Origin: Podarcis filfolensis
Taxonomy: Eukaryota
Assembly: GCA_964270895.1 (NCBI GenBank)
Contig: OZ185436.1
Length of the DNA: 64,000 nucleotides
Reading direction: 5' to 3' (one strand)
Shown: in pieces, positions 51,012-64,000 of the stretch
Position numbering within the stretch: position 1 is the first letter of the stretch
How the letters are laid out: every line of letters starts with the position of its first letter
Program-made: the position numbers and the translations under genes
Notes under the pieces: generated by a model
The model's database searches: none
What the model was told of the DNA's origin: nothing
Seen by the model: the letters and a program-made list of their open reading frames with translations, nothing else

Positions 51012-51463
51012 NNNNNNNNNNNNNNNNNNNNNNNNNNNNNNNNNNNNNNNNNNNNNNNNNNNNNNNNNNNNNNNNNNNNNNNNNNNNNNNNNNNNNNNNN
51101 NNNNNNNNNNNNNNNNNNNNNNNNNNNNNNNNNNNNNNNNNNNNNNNNNNNNNNNNNNNNNNNNNNNNNNNNNNNNNNNNNNNNNNNNNNNNNNNNNNNN
51201 NNNNNNNNNNNNNNNNNNNNNNNNNNNNNNNNNNNNNNNNNNNNNNNNNNNNNNNNNNNNNNNNNNNNNNNNNNNNNNNNNNNNNNNNNNNNNNNNNNNN
51301 NNNNNNNNNNNNNNNNNNNNNNNNNNNNNNNNNNNNNNNNNNNNNNNNNNNNNNNNNNNNNNNNNNNNNNNNNNNNNNNNNNNNNNNNNNNNNNNNNNNN
51401 NNNNNNNNNNNNNNNNNNNNNNNNNNNNNNNNNNNNNNNNNNNNNNNNNNNNNNNNNNNNNNN
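51012..51463. other. Assembly gap (452 N)
   Basis: Run of N. Confidence 0.99.
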
Positions 51464-52584
51464 TGGAATAAATACCGCAATGAGATTTTTGCATACTCAA
51501 TTGAAGGACTGGTTTTTACATTATTTTTATAAAATGAAACTATTTCTTCCCCTCTCTATCACATCCTCTTTACACATGCGGAGGAAAGTATAACACAGAA
51601 GGTTACCACAAACACATTTTGTCACCAGACAGGATTCTTCCACATCACAACCCAGAATCCACATTTTCAGATTCATAATACTATCATAGCACAGAAGAAA
51701 GATTAGCCACCCTTTCTTTTTACCAGTTCTACCCCTCGATTTATGAAGCACCCCGTTGTGTTAACAAGTCCTTTCATTATAGCTAGAAAAATAAGAACAA
51801 TGCACTCTAACGCATTGTTCAAGCTCACACCTGAGATGCTGTTGGGAAATAAAATATATACTATACAACAAAATTCTGAAGGTAGGTGTAAGAAGAATGG
51901 GTGAATGATGTAATAAGACAGGGTGAAGGATCTTCCACCAACTTGCTAGGGCAATCCTACTCATTCTTCAGGCATGGGCCAGGATGGTGCTGCATGTATA
52001 AAACTATGAATTAGTTCTGGCTCATAATTAGCTCGCTCTGTCACTTGCCTCGCCTTGCCGTTTTTGCTGCCAATTTTTAATTGTGTTTCCATCTTTTCAG
52101 GCTCAGTGTAAAAACAAGAAAATAAGAAAATTAATCCACACCAATGCTAACAGGCACATTAAGAGAGCACCCCAATTTAACTGGCTTTAGCATGTTATAA
52201 CACTTGGGGAAACAGTAGCACTTAGCATGAAGGTGATGAATTGCCCAAACATTGCAACTGAATTTATACCTAAAGCCCAAATGAGGGCCATCACAACTCT
52301 TTGCGTCCGACTCTGTTTCCGGTCCTCAGTTCTACATCTATGGGCTGCAACCGACAGACAGAAAGTGTGGGGCAGACCCAAGCTCTGGTGACAGCAGCAT
52401 GGGAAACAAATAGAGACACCTGCCATTCTCAGCAGTGCAGCTTTTAACAATACAGGCACTGATGGAAAGGAAATATGTGTCCATGCTTTTATTTCTTTAC
52501 CAATCAATCTTTCCTCCGAGCTCAAGATGACCTAAATGCTTCTCTCCCCCCGCCCCCCTAATTTTATCTTTGTCACAACTATAA

Positions 52585-52706
52585 GAGGTAGATTTGACTG
52601 TGTGTGAGGGACACTGGCTTAAAGTCACCCTGTGAGCTTCATGGCTGAACGGGGAATTTGAACCCTGGTCTCCCAGGTCCTATTTTGGCACTGTAACCAT
52701 TATAAT
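52585..52706 (-). mobile_element. Squam3-type SINE 5' fragment
   Basis: Minus strand ggacctgggagaccagggttcaaattccccgttcagccatgaagctcacagggtgac contains a B-box. Confidence 0.75.
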
Positions 52707-53148
52707 GCATTAGGCATCTATAAAAGTCACTTTCCTGGGTTCTTCCCACATTGTAGCATCATGCAACAATGAAGACAAGAAACAGAATTTGGAGGAGGCT
52801 CACACAAATAGGAACAATAGTGATTCTGAGTGGCTCCTACATAGCTCTATGACACAAAGTAGATGGACAGAGAAACACATCAAGAATGTTGTAGAAGGCA
52901 CAAAAGTTTGACAAAGAGTGGATTTATCTCTCATTCCAACCAAGTCTCTCAGTACGTATCATTACTTAAGCTCATGTGAGGAAATGGCTGTCATTCACTT
53001 CCATGGGGAAAATAAGTTTTCTATTTTGCAGACACTAATACTGTGCTAGTCAAATCAACCACTGACATTAAGCGTCCAAACTTCCACTAAGAGGGATCTC
53101 AGGACAGGGTGCAATCAATATACTTGGATGAGGAGCTGCATCTTATTA

Positions 53149-53366
53149 CAGTGGTATCTCTGGTTACGAACTTAATTCGTTCCAGAGGTCGGTTCTTAAC
53201 CTGAAACTGTTCTTAACCTGGGGGACCACTTTAGCTAATGGGGCCTCCCGCTGCGGCCGCCGCACAATTTCTGTTCTCATCCTGAGGTAAAATTCTTAAC
53301 CCGAGGTACTACTTCCGGGTTAGCAGAGTCTGTAACCCGAGGTGTTTGCAACCCGAGGTACCACAG
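53149..53366. mobile_element. Tc1/mariner (Tigger-like) MITE
   Basis: TA|cagtggtatctc ... gaggtaccacag|TA; same family as 60407-60610. Confidence 0.88.
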
Positions 53367-55019
53367 TATATAGGGACAGTTCCCCAAGTAAGTTCTAATA
53401 TTATATCTGATCTATTCAGCAAAGTGCTGAGGTGGGACTCTTTTCTTAATATAGCAGGTGGGAGAGGCTACTGGAAGAAAGAAGAAGAATACACAAAATA
53501 TGAGAAGCCAGGGACAGCGAAACTGGCAAACTGAGCTTTTAAGAGTCAAACAATAGATTGTAAGATAACCGCCTTCTCATTAAACAATGATGTTAACCCT
53601 ACTGCCTCTGTTAGCCTCTCCTAACAGATGGAAAACATCCATCTCTCAGGTTATCTAACTTAACCCCATAACACACAAAAATGTGAGAATGTGTGTTTCG
53701 TTTGCAAGCAGGAAAGTGTTCTTTTTCTTTCATATCAATGGCACAATAATCATTTCTTCAGTTTCACTCCATAAACGCTAAGATCAATAGCAGTTGGCAG
53801 AACCATTGAGGAACTGTGATGTCTAAGGTTTTCAAACTTGCTTACTGTGAGAAATATAATTACGTTTTTGTTTTTTTAAAAAACCCTCTATTTGAAATAA
53901 CTCTACATAGAGAAAGGAGACTATGTCTTTACTGTGATCAAATGTGTTAAGTTGCTATGGCATAAATTAAAAGAATCCTAAAAATTGTATTTGCCAGAGA
54001 TTTCTGGTTGTTGTTTTTTTAAAAAAAACAACCCTCTCAAAAAAAGGCAATTTTTTTATTTCCTTGAGGAAAACCATCAAGTTTACATTATTTCCAACTC
54101 ATTTAAATGTACACTATAATGCACACAAAATGAGAGATAAAATTATACTATGCCAGTGATTAATCCTGTTCAGGATGAGCACAAGACACTACAAGACCTA
54201 AAAAAGTGACTCAACCCTAAGACCAATAAGACCCTAAGATCAGTTGGAAACTGCCACTGTCTTCTCATTATTCTCAGAGTCTGGGGCAAAAAGTCAAATG
54301 AGATCTTCTCTAGAAAACGTGACGTCAATATATGTGAATGCCCTATAATGCTCTGGAAGAGAACAATCAAAGGGCAGAGACTCACATCCTGGCAAGTATT
54401 ATGTTTAGCCCAGAGAAGAGAAGATTGAGGGGAGGGAGGACAGTGGTCTTCAAATATATGCAAGTATAGAGACAATGGAACATACGTCCTTTCTGTTGCT
54501 CCAGAGGGTGAAACTAGAACCAATGGGCTGCATCCAACTCTTCAGAGCTTCTGTGAATGCAACAAAACTTCCTCTTCTGTAGGGGGACTGTCAGAACCGT
54601 ATTATGGGGTCACACAGAGGGGAAATGGAAATGCTGTTGCACCAGCAAGGTCCCACTGGAACAGCATTGGCTACAACTCATTGGATAGAAATTATTGTGA
54701 ATTGTACTTTGCATTTTATTTTATTTTTTATATAAACGATTTTAGAGTACTTGGTTGAATGGTATACAATGTTAATTAATTAATTAATTGATTGATTGAT
54801 TGATTATGGTGATGATATAATGATGTCTGCTACTGCTTTCGAAAACTCCACACTCTGCATCTTGTTGCCCCATATATGCTTGGAACTGACACCCAAACTA
54901 CTTGTGTGAGCCCACCTCCCTTCAAATCATTTCTCAAAACCCACCTTTCTCACAACCCCATAGTTTCCATGCCTTTGGGGGTGGGGAATGGCAACCAGGA
55001 AACAGGAGAGGAGGGGAGC

Positions 55020-56190
55020 AAATGAGCACGTGGAGAGATTAGATGAGAATTGCAGGATGGTAAATTAATCAAGTAAGATGGGGAAACTTAAGGTAAGGGT
55101 AGATGGAAAAGTTAAAATAAGGACTACTGATAGAGGGAATGAGGGAGAGAGAACGGAGGAGAGATCAGACAAGATGGTTTAAATTTTAGCATTGCAGAAG
55201 TGGGCCTTGGGTAGTGTTGAAAGGGAGGAGCCAACAGGAGAGGCCTTAGTAGAACATCAAAGGTAGAGAAGAGATACTGACAAGTCCTAGAGATGAGATT
55301 GCACAGGTACGTATAGTGGTTCTGCTTGGTCAAGTAAATAATAAATGAAAAGGAGAAGTGGGAAAAGTCAGCCAACTTCTGTTCTCCAGAGGCATTCAGC
55401 TGCAAAAGAACATGAGCGAAAATATCAAATGGAGGCAGTGAGCCAGGGCTGAAGGTGGGAGGAGTAAATAGTATTATGGAATGTCCTTCTTGGTAAGGCA
55501 CATTCACATAATTGATGTTTAAGCAGATTTTTTTAAAAAAAAATCCTGTTCACCCAGAAATTTGGGGGCTGAAATATATTGTTTCCAGCAAGCATGAAAT
55601 ACTAGTTGTGACGATATTTGTTTGTAGTTAATGCACTGTGTTTCTTGTTTGGCTGTTTGTCTCCATGGGTTCATTTGAGAAGAAGAATGGGATAAAAATC
55701 TAATAAATTTAAAATATGTCTGGAGGGTTGAGTAAATATTTCAAGAATTGAACATAGGGATGAAGTTAAGGTGACAACTGCAAAGTCTACAGAACAGACA
55801 GAAGCAGTAGAGGAGTTAGGACAATGATTCAGAGAAGGCCACTAGATCAATGGACTGAAGGTCACAGAAGGAGCTGGAAGCAGCACATTGCAAGGATGGG
55901 CTGTGTAGAATATTGAAAGGGAGAAGTGACAATTCCACAGAAAAATGGTCATATGCAGAGCAGTTCCTGATGAAGACAATATGAAGAAAGTGCCAAGTCA
56001 GCATGTGGGAGAGTCAGTCCAGAGGTGAAGGCTGACTGAAGCAGCTGGAGCCGAAGAAAATCAGTGTTGAAATAACACAGGAGCAGGGTATCAAAGCTAT
56101 CAGAGGAGCTATCAGAGTAGAAGTAAGTCAGTCAGGCACCAGGGTCTAAGATGAAGGCTGAGAGGAGCCAGGAGGGTGACACAGAATAGA
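55020..56190 (-). mobile_element. Ancient fragmented L2 (endonuclease to RT region)
   Basis: Purine-rich plus strand; minus translation HIVFIRNCS...DHFSV...FCDLQSIDL resembles the L2 endonuclease end (TLDLVF...SDH...FRDLQSID). Highly diverged. Confidence 0.55.
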
Positions 56191-56199
56191 AAAACAGAA

Positions 56200-56810
56200 A
56201 TATATAGGACATGTAAAGGTCCGTCTAGTCCACCATCCTATTCTCTCAGTGGTCAATCAGATGCCTGTGGGAAGTACACAAGCAGGATATGAGCAGAAGA
56301 GCACCAGAAATTCTCAGCAACTGGTATTCAAGGGCATATTGCCTTTGTCAGTGGAGGCGAAACATAGCCATCGTGGCTATTAGCTGTTGATAGTCTTATC
56401 CTCCATGAATTTGTTTAATTCTCTTTTAAAGCCTTCCAAGTTGGTGGCCATCCTGGCTTCCTGTGGGAGCAAATTCTCAAATAACTCTAATGGGTTAATG
56501 TGATTCGTAGAAGCCATGCTGGTTCTACTTCAGCAAGGTTTGTTCTTCTATATGCTTGGTCATTTTAGATTTAACAATAAAGATGTTAAATCCTGCATTT
56601 TCCAGGATCCATGCTGGACCTCTTTTTAGAAACTGGTGTTAGACTGGCTGCTTTCTAGTCTATGAAGGTATGAAGACTGGTCTTAGGGACAAATTACATA
56701 TTTTTGTAAGAGGCCCAGCAATTTCACATTTGAATTCTTCGTGAACTCTTGGGCGGATGCTGTCTGGACAATGATTTGTCAGGTTTTATTTTGGCTATTA
56801 GACCTAGAAA
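56200..56810 (-). mobile_element. CR1 LINE fragments (3' UTR and ORF2 remnants)
   Basis: ggtccgtctagtccaccatcct...cagatgcctgtgggaag...caactggtattc...ctccatgaatttg...ccaagttggtggccat is the reverse complement of the CR1 at 37.8-38.4 kb. Confidence 0.72.
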
Positions 56811-59800
56811 CCCACAAAATGAACTTTAAAGGTAGAAAATGTCTCCCATACTTCTGATACTATCCAAAATAAGGTACAAAACCAAGATTGTGCAAATATG
56901 CTCTAGGCTAAAGATGTGGATTAGTAGTTTCCATCTTGGCTCATCGAAGATGCACACCCAACTAGTATGAAAACAAACAGGAAGGAGCCAGTCTGCCAAC
57001 CGCATAAACTAGTCACATCTCTTCGCGGAAGGCCACATCATACATGTCTTGGCTATAGAGGTATGTGGTCTCTTCAAACAGCCGATAAAACCCTTATACA
57101 GAAACTCCTCCTATGTCAGAGAACTTCAATGCACACAGGAGGAGTTCATTCACCACAATGCCAGAGACAGCTCTGTGTGTGGATTTCCATTGCTTGCTAT
57201 ATAGCTAGGCTCAATATTGCAGAGTGGTGTAATATGACCTCTCAACATTCTGCATGTGCAATGGAGCACCTGAGGCACTCTGTCTGAATGCAAAAGATCT
57301 CTATTTATTATATATAACTGGTAGTTCCTCTTCAAAAGAGAGGTGATGAAAAGGAAAAGGTGGGGGAACGACCCTTCAAACTATATTCTGGAAATGTAAC
57401 TGCATTCTCCATATATACCATTAACACTCCTATACATAGTGAAGCTTTTAAAAATGGAGGCTCAGTCATTATTCATATTGTATTATTGCTTCTCCATTTG
57501 AGCAGACATCACTTGATGCCCACAATTAATGAGCTCTAGTCCTTTTTCTAATTAAGGAACAAAGATTCGTGTGTGCTGGATATAGAAAGCCACTGTCTAC
57601 AAAAAGCATTTAAACAAGAGAAAAATCCTTCTAATTACCTTAAAATAGGACTTTTGATATCTCTGAACATAATAGGATCAAGAAATTAGAGCACTTGCAA
57701 CATCAGTTGCAAATAAGCTTTTAATAAACATTATGCAAAGGTAATGGTATTCTTTACTACCGCCCCACCCCCACCCCCACCAAATAATAGAAACTTATAT
57801 CACTTCTTACATTTTTTTGTAATTAATGTTTTGTAATGAAAATGCACCACATAAATTATATTATGACTATGGGACATCATATCTGAAAAGCGGAAAAATT
57901 AGAAGGTAGCTATTAGAGTATAAAATATCTTTAGACTACAGTCGATTAGGATTCAAACATGTAATTAAGAAAGTCAGAAAGATAACCTCACTTTATACAG
58001 TAATTAGGGCGGTTGGAAATAGGATCCCATCTCTTAAAGTGTTACAAATACACCACACCACTAAATAATCCGTATTGCTGGGGAAGAATACTTGCTATCA
58101 AGGGCAAAGCTGCTATACGCTGAGGTAACAGCAAATGACAGACTGTTGTTCAAGTCCATTAGCTGCTATGTGATAGTAGCACATTCACTAGCCCACGACC
58201 TGTGAAAAATCTTAGATCTCTTTAAATCTTTGAATTGGATTGCTGCATTAATTCTTAAGAACTGCAATCCTTCAACCAAGTCAAATTACCCTCATTAACC
58301 GGGGGGGGGGGGGGAGAGAAACTGCCTCTGCAATGTTTTTTAGAAAAAGATATTTATTACCTATAATCACTTTCCCTTACTGCTCCTAGAAGTATTAAAA
58401 ATGGGTGGGAGAAGAAAAGAAAAAACTTTGGGGGAGGGGGGAGAAACCCAGACACTATTTCAGACATTAGGTGGGAATGTTAATAAACTCTACAGTCCTG
58501 TATGGAAATTAAAATGCACATAGATAAAGGTACTGGAACAAAAGGAATCTCAATTAATCTTGAGGAAAGGATAAAGATTTGGAATGATCTTTGTCTGCCT
58601 CTGACACAAACACAATAGGTGGGGTAGAAATTCTCCCATTATCTGAGGCTTGATTAGAACACTACTTCATAATTAGACATGTTAGAAGTATTGTCATCAA
58701 CCAGAAGATTCATGTACTAACTAAAAGGTCTCAGAAGCCAGTTCAAGACTTCTACTCATTAACAACATCTGCTATTAATGTTTAACTCTCATAAACATGC
58801 ACAAGGGCATTCAGCATACAATAAAGATTTAAAACAAATATTTTGTTGTTCTGTTTTTGCCCTTGCAGAGATCTGTGACAACCCCACAAATGCTGAGCAC
58901 TTTTAAAAAACAACTAGGCAAGATAACAGAAGGGTATTTGTTCTTTGCAAGAGACAATCTTGCTCTTTCAGCAGGGTAGAATCATTTAATAGAAAACCGG
59001 GGGGGGGGGGGGAGAGAGAAAGAGAGAGACATACATTTACAGTGCTCCCTCCCCCTCAGGCACATTACTTTGCAGATCTTTATTTTTAAAAAGCAGAAAA
59101 TAAAAATGCACACACATCTCGAGTTTGCATTAACTGTTAGAATGAGGAGTGAGTTGTGGAAAGGGGGTTTATGGAAGGTAAATCATTACCCGACTGGATA
59201 ACGAAATGCAGAGGCTTTGCCTCCACATCTAGCTACCACCAAGGCTGGTGCCCCTGCCATCCCCAACGATGTGAGAGGACAAGAAGTATGGGCAGCAAAA
59301 CAACTGTGTAACAGTGTTTTTGCATGGTGCACAAATTAACCCCACTGGGAGAACTGTAGCCAAGGCCCTAGTATTTTTCCTTCCTTCTTTCTTTATCTAT
59401 GTTAAGTTTCTCTTAAATGGTATTTACAGCAGTGCTCAGCAACTGGAAGCCACTGGGCCAGATCTGGCCTCTGAGGTAGCTTTACCCTGAACAGGGCCAA
59501 AGGTGGCTCCAATCTTTAAAAAACAAAAACCCTTTCCTAAATAAAACAGAATGCAGCATTAGGGCCAAAACAGATGAGATGTGGTGCCCGTGAACTGAAT
59601 CAGGGTGGTGGCATGGTGAGACAGAGGAAAACGTTAAGTCATATGCTTTGACCGAGTGCAAAAATGTTGAAATCGAATCTCTCTCAAAAAAGAAGGCCTT
59701 GCTCTAACCTGAAGTAGGCTGCATATCAATAGAAGCTTCAAATATATTTCAGTCAACTGGATGTTTTTGTGCTTGGTCCAGTAAAGTATACATTTTATGA

Positions 59801-60406
59801 TCAGATTTGTAGACTTAAGAGTCTGTATAAACAAGTGTTCAAAAGAATTGCCATTTTTGCTCCCCAAGGTAAGGATGATTTGATGCCAACATTTAAATAT
59901 TATGAGCATATATGGTTGTTTTTGGTGCAAAAAAGCTTGAATGATATAAAGATGCATAATTTATTTAGTTTAGTTTATTCATCAGGATTTATATACTGCT
60001 TAATAAAAACAAATAAATCTGTATACATAAAATTATATAAAATATTCATTAAAACAGCCAAACTAGTTTGGTTATTGCAATTTTACCTATGTGGTTCCAT
60101 TTCAATATGTGTACTTATATTATTTTCTATTAATTCCATTAAACCATTAAATAATACACTTATATTATAGTAGGATAGTAGATGCAAATATTATGCATAT
60201 GTATGACAAAACAAGCAAAAGGAACCATTAGTAAGTACTGACAAAAAATATAAATATGTACATGTAAACATTCTAAGTGTGTCCCGCCCCCCCTTAATTG
60301 ACTCTTGCTTTACTTTTCATTTATCTCCAATCAAATAAGTATGAAAGACATGTTGGCCATCTTTATAGGTTTATTTACGTTCTCCTCCCCCTGACAAGAA
60401 TGATTA

Positions 60407-60610
60407 CAGTGGTACCTCAGGTTAAGAACTTAATTCGTTCCAGAGATCCGTTCTTAACCTGAAACTGTTCTTAACCTGAGGTGCCGCTGCCACCGTGCCG
60501 CCGCCATGCGATTTCTGTTCTCATCCTGAAGCAAAGTTATTAACCTGAGGTACTATTTCTGGGTTAGCGGAGTCTGTAACCTGAAGCGTCTGTAACCCAA
60601 GGTACCAATG
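60407..60610. mobile_element. Tc1/mariner (Tigger-like) MITE
   Basis: TA|cagtggtacctc ... aaggtaccaatg|TA; aligns along its length with 53149-53366. Confidence 0.88.
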
Positions 60611-62018
60611 TATTTGAAAAAAGCAGGGAGTCCATGTTCTTTTTCTACTACCGTATTTCTGTTGAACTCTTTTTATAAAGCCTTATAAAATTGAAATGTA
60701 AGAGGGAATATGATGAAATGGTATTCATAGCAAAAGCTTCTGCTCGCCAGCATTTTACACACAGACATGTGCATCTTCATTTCTATGCCATACCTCTGCA
60801 CACTCTGATGGGTCCACTGGCTGTCTACTAGTCATTAAAAAGGGGAATCCACTCATCACATAGAACAGTTTTGACAGGGCTTGCATGCAGAGGGCTGGTA
60901 TAATGGTTTTAAACATTTGATTTGATGCTCATCACCAATTGCCAATGAACAGGATGTGCCATTTAAACAAATATCTCTATATTTACACAAAAGTAAGCGC
61001 AGCCTTGCTTGGTTCCCTTGTACAGCTTGAACCCAACTGTTAGCTCGAATGTATGAACAGGAGAAAATGCTCAATGTTATAAAGGTAAAAGTCTAGCTGT
61101 TCTTACAACTCTATCCTGGGGAATTCAGTGCTGATAGAGCCAAGCCATGATTACAGCAAGGCCTTATGTGATACTGGCTTTTGATGTGACGATGTTGCAA
61201 AGACACGTCTGGGAGATATGCATACTCCTGAAGTTAAGACAACAGCAGCAGCAAAAACCTACTTCAAGTGAGGCAGATGTGGAGGAAAGTGAAATTCTTA
61301 ATTGTTCTTCTATGTGCCTTTAAATCTGGCAACCTCCTGGTTGGAAGACAAGGTCATTCTTCATTTTTGCCAGAGGGAGGAGCTTTGTACTCTCCAGACT
61401 AGGACAGGAGGAGTAGGAAAACTTGCATCTTGCCTGTTGCCTTGGATTCCTTTCTTCCAGTGCTCATTCAAGTCTACACCACCCCTTCTCCTTTCTTAGG
61501 GCTGCTTGCCTGCCCCTGAAACTGGAAGAAATGCATGGGACGAAGAGGAGAGAAGGGGCAGGAGAGGAAAGAGAGAAGGGCAATGTTGCCAAGATGGAGG
61601 TAGGGATACTGCCTACACGGGATGATGTCAAAAGGCCCAATGCAGAGAGTCCTCTCAAACCTGGAACCATTCCTAAATACTGTACAATATCAGAACTTCA
61701 GAAATCTGAAGACAAAACCAGGATATTTCTCAGCTACTGCCCACAATTAAAGAGCCAAGTCATGGACTCAGATCCTATACTTAGAGCTTAGGGAGAGGCC
61801 TAGAGACTGGCTGTCAATGGCTATTTTAGTACCATGTAACAAAGATGCCTCAGCGTGATGTGTAACATATTTAAGATAGGGGCACTTAATGGCTCCTCCT
61901 CCATCCCTTGCTTGCTACCTCCCCTTTGTACCAGGCAAGCCAAACCAAAACCAATAATCAAAGCCTCAACTGGAATTCCAACCCCAGCAATAACTTTCAA
62001 CAATAATGGTAATTGCGG

Positions 62019-62190
62019 AAGCAATACAGCTCAGTAGCAGAACACATACTTTCTCAGGTTCAAACTCTGGCCTTTTTAGATAGAATGGGAAAGGCTCCTG
62101 TCTGAAACCCTGGAGACCTTCTGCCATTAAGTGCAGACAACACTATGATCGATGGATCCATTGGCCTGACTAACTATAAAGCTGCTAGAG
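62019..62190 (+). mobile_element. Degenerate Squam2-type SINE
   Basis: cagctcagtagcaga...caggttcaaactc...tgaaaccctggaga...gacaacact...gatggatccattggcctgact; similar to 38788-38972. Confidence 0.65.
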
Positions 62191-63744
62191 ATGGTCCTTT
62201 GTTCCAGTATATAGATATTTTCATACGTAAGGGTGGTTATTCAAGGGGATGAGTATATATGATTGGACAGGTGAACACATTGCAAAGGCAAGGAATGTTA
62301 GTATTAAAACTGGAAACTGTGAATGAAAAGCATGGCACAAGAGAAAGTGTATCTTTCATTGCACCAGCCAATGGTTAAAAATACAGTATACACAAGTTTT
62401 TGAAGCACATGTTCTTCTTCAGACATGGATACTGAAAACCAAAATAAAGTACAATTAAAAGTTGCCACATGTCCAGACAGTTGATTACCAGTCTGTGGCT
62501 CATCCAGAAATATGAAGCTCATGGAGAAATACACTGTTAACATTTATTGATTACAGGGAAAACAGAATTTTCTGAGCATAATGAATATGTTGTTCAGTGG
62601 AAAAATAATTGAAAGATAAGCTGCATGCCAATTTTAAATAAAGTGTATTCATATGCTGTGTATAGAGCTTGCAGATTTTATTCCATACTGCTTTTCTCCT
62701 GTAGAAGCCCAATATTTACTGCTAGCCTTCAAATTCACTTTCATATTTGCACCTGCAAAGTTGTTTGTACATTAAGCGTTTAGAATATACCCAAGGTAAC
62801 CAGGACATAAGGAGGGGGGCACTTTCTTATGGGCAAAAATGTGCACATATGCTACAAACAAGCACATGCATGTATGAGTGTAAGACCAGGGGATGAAAGA
62901 AAAATTATGTTTGCCTAAAATGCATATTTACATTATGAGAGTTCTGAAAAGACTTTCAGAGCAGTTTTTTATAATACCCCTCTGGAAATCTTTAAGATCA
63001 TTTACATGGAGTAAAGTGTTCTTATGTTATATAGAAGCCACAAGTGTGAAAGTTCACTCCACTAGCTTAAAGTTAGGCAATCATAATATATGTCACAAGG
63101 AGAATCCCATGAGCAGAGATATGTATTTCAAGGATAGCCTTTAACACAGACATGGACTGTGACTCCTCAGCTTCAACCTTTGAACAGCCTTCGGCATTAC
63201 CTTGATCATAGGAATTGTGGTTTAAATAGTTGCCGCCATCTTGGATCCAAAAGGTAGGTGGTATTAGATTACTAAATGCAATTTATTTTACTGCGCAGGG
63301 TTTCCCTGCTGCTGCAGGAATCCATAAGCTTTCCTATAGAGAGCACCGTTCGAAGCAGAGCCATTCATTTGGATTTCAACAACACGATAACAAATAAGAA
63401 TACATAAGAGGAAACTGGCTTTGGTTACAGTAGGCTGCAGTGCTGATTCAGATGTTGACAGCTGACCCTGTAGCCTGCCAGTGGTCAACTGACCTCCAAA
63501 ATCAACAGGAGGCAAAATGCCCTTTTAAGTCCTTCTTTCTAGACAGGTCTAGCAATCTGTCCTGCATCTCCTCTCCAACTTGTCAGTTAATATATTTCTT
63601 GCCTCTGACCCTCCATTCCTGTTTTCCTAATCTGGTAATTAACCTCCAAGCTGTATGACTACGCTTCCCACCTGTGCCCCATGTGACCACCTCCTTACCT
63701 GAGAATAGTTGCAATTGAAGGGGTGGGACAAAGTCCCTCTAAAA

Positions 63745-63950
63745 CAGAGCTTTCCTAACTGTGTGTTGTGACACATTAGTGTATTGGCTGCAGTGCGTAG
63801 GTGTGTCACGCAAACGCTCCCCATGCTCCTCCTAGGGCTGGAAAGGGGTTATTTTAAACTCCGGTTTGCTAGTAAAACTGAATTACTGTGTCGCGAAATG
63901 ATGCATGTCTAAAAAGTGTGTCACCAGCATGAAAAGTTTGGAAAGCTCTA
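63745..63950. mobile_element. hAT-type MITE, inverted copy of the 3747-3944 family
   Basis: Ends cagagctttcc / tttggaaagctcta; interior is the reverse complement of 3747-3944; TSD ctctaaaa / ctcgaaca (6/8). Confidence 0.88.
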
Positions 63951-64000
63951 CTCGAACACAGTGTGTCTCAATCAGGGAGCATGCCGTCCTAACGGGGTAT

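Larger units (their letters stand above)
1..64000 (-). other. FOXP1: Intragenic (mostly intronic) part of FOXP1: the two large introns flanking the second coding exon of the full-length isoform
   Basis: Clear FOXP1 exon at 32438-32572. I did not find the flanking coding exons (MMQESG... upstream, VPVSVAMMTP... downstream) in the window. This fits the very long introns known around this exon in amniotes. Confidence 0.85.

Noticed and set aside
26342-51500. Long ORFs containing runs of X
   Set aside because: Artefacts of translating through N-gaps.
61500-61599. AG...GT-bounded 100-nt segment on the plus strand
   Set aside because: It is antisense to FOXP1, has no recognisable protein similarity and no partner exons. 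Such pairs are common by chance.
1-64000. CRISPR arrays, operons or other prokaryotic systems
   Set aside because: The sequence is vertebrate intronic DNA, and its tandem repeats have no unique spacers.

Overview
This window is vertebrate genomic DNA from a squamate, most likely a lacertid lizard, judged from its repeats (Sauria SINE, Bov-B, Squam2/3-type SINEs, CR1, L2, RTE, hAT and Tc1/mariner MITEs). It has five sized N-gaps. It lies inside the FOXP1 gene on the minus strand. The only coding exon I can support is 32438-32572 (135 nt, phase 0/0, [11 protein letters not shown]18[17 protein letters not shown]), whose polyQ tract has 18 Q versus 7 in human. About 10.4 kb upstream on the same strand (about 42960-43203) is the apparent orthologue of the human FOXP1 internal alternative first exon. 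Its sequence is conserved but its reading frame is broken. It carries a TATA-like box and a perfect FOX:ETS composite site, and it sits in a block of about 6 kb with no recognisable transposon. The rest is intron. Notable intronic items are a three-level nested transposon cluster at 15.1-17.0 kb, a four-site AP-1 cluster at 27.2-27.4 kb and a CTCF motif at 2.6 kb. Almost all other ORFs in the supplied track are transposon remnants, N-gap artefacts or chance. Comparisons to human, mouse and repeat consensus sequences are from memory; no database search was run. I found no prokaryotic systems (CRISPR, rRNA, tRNA genes).
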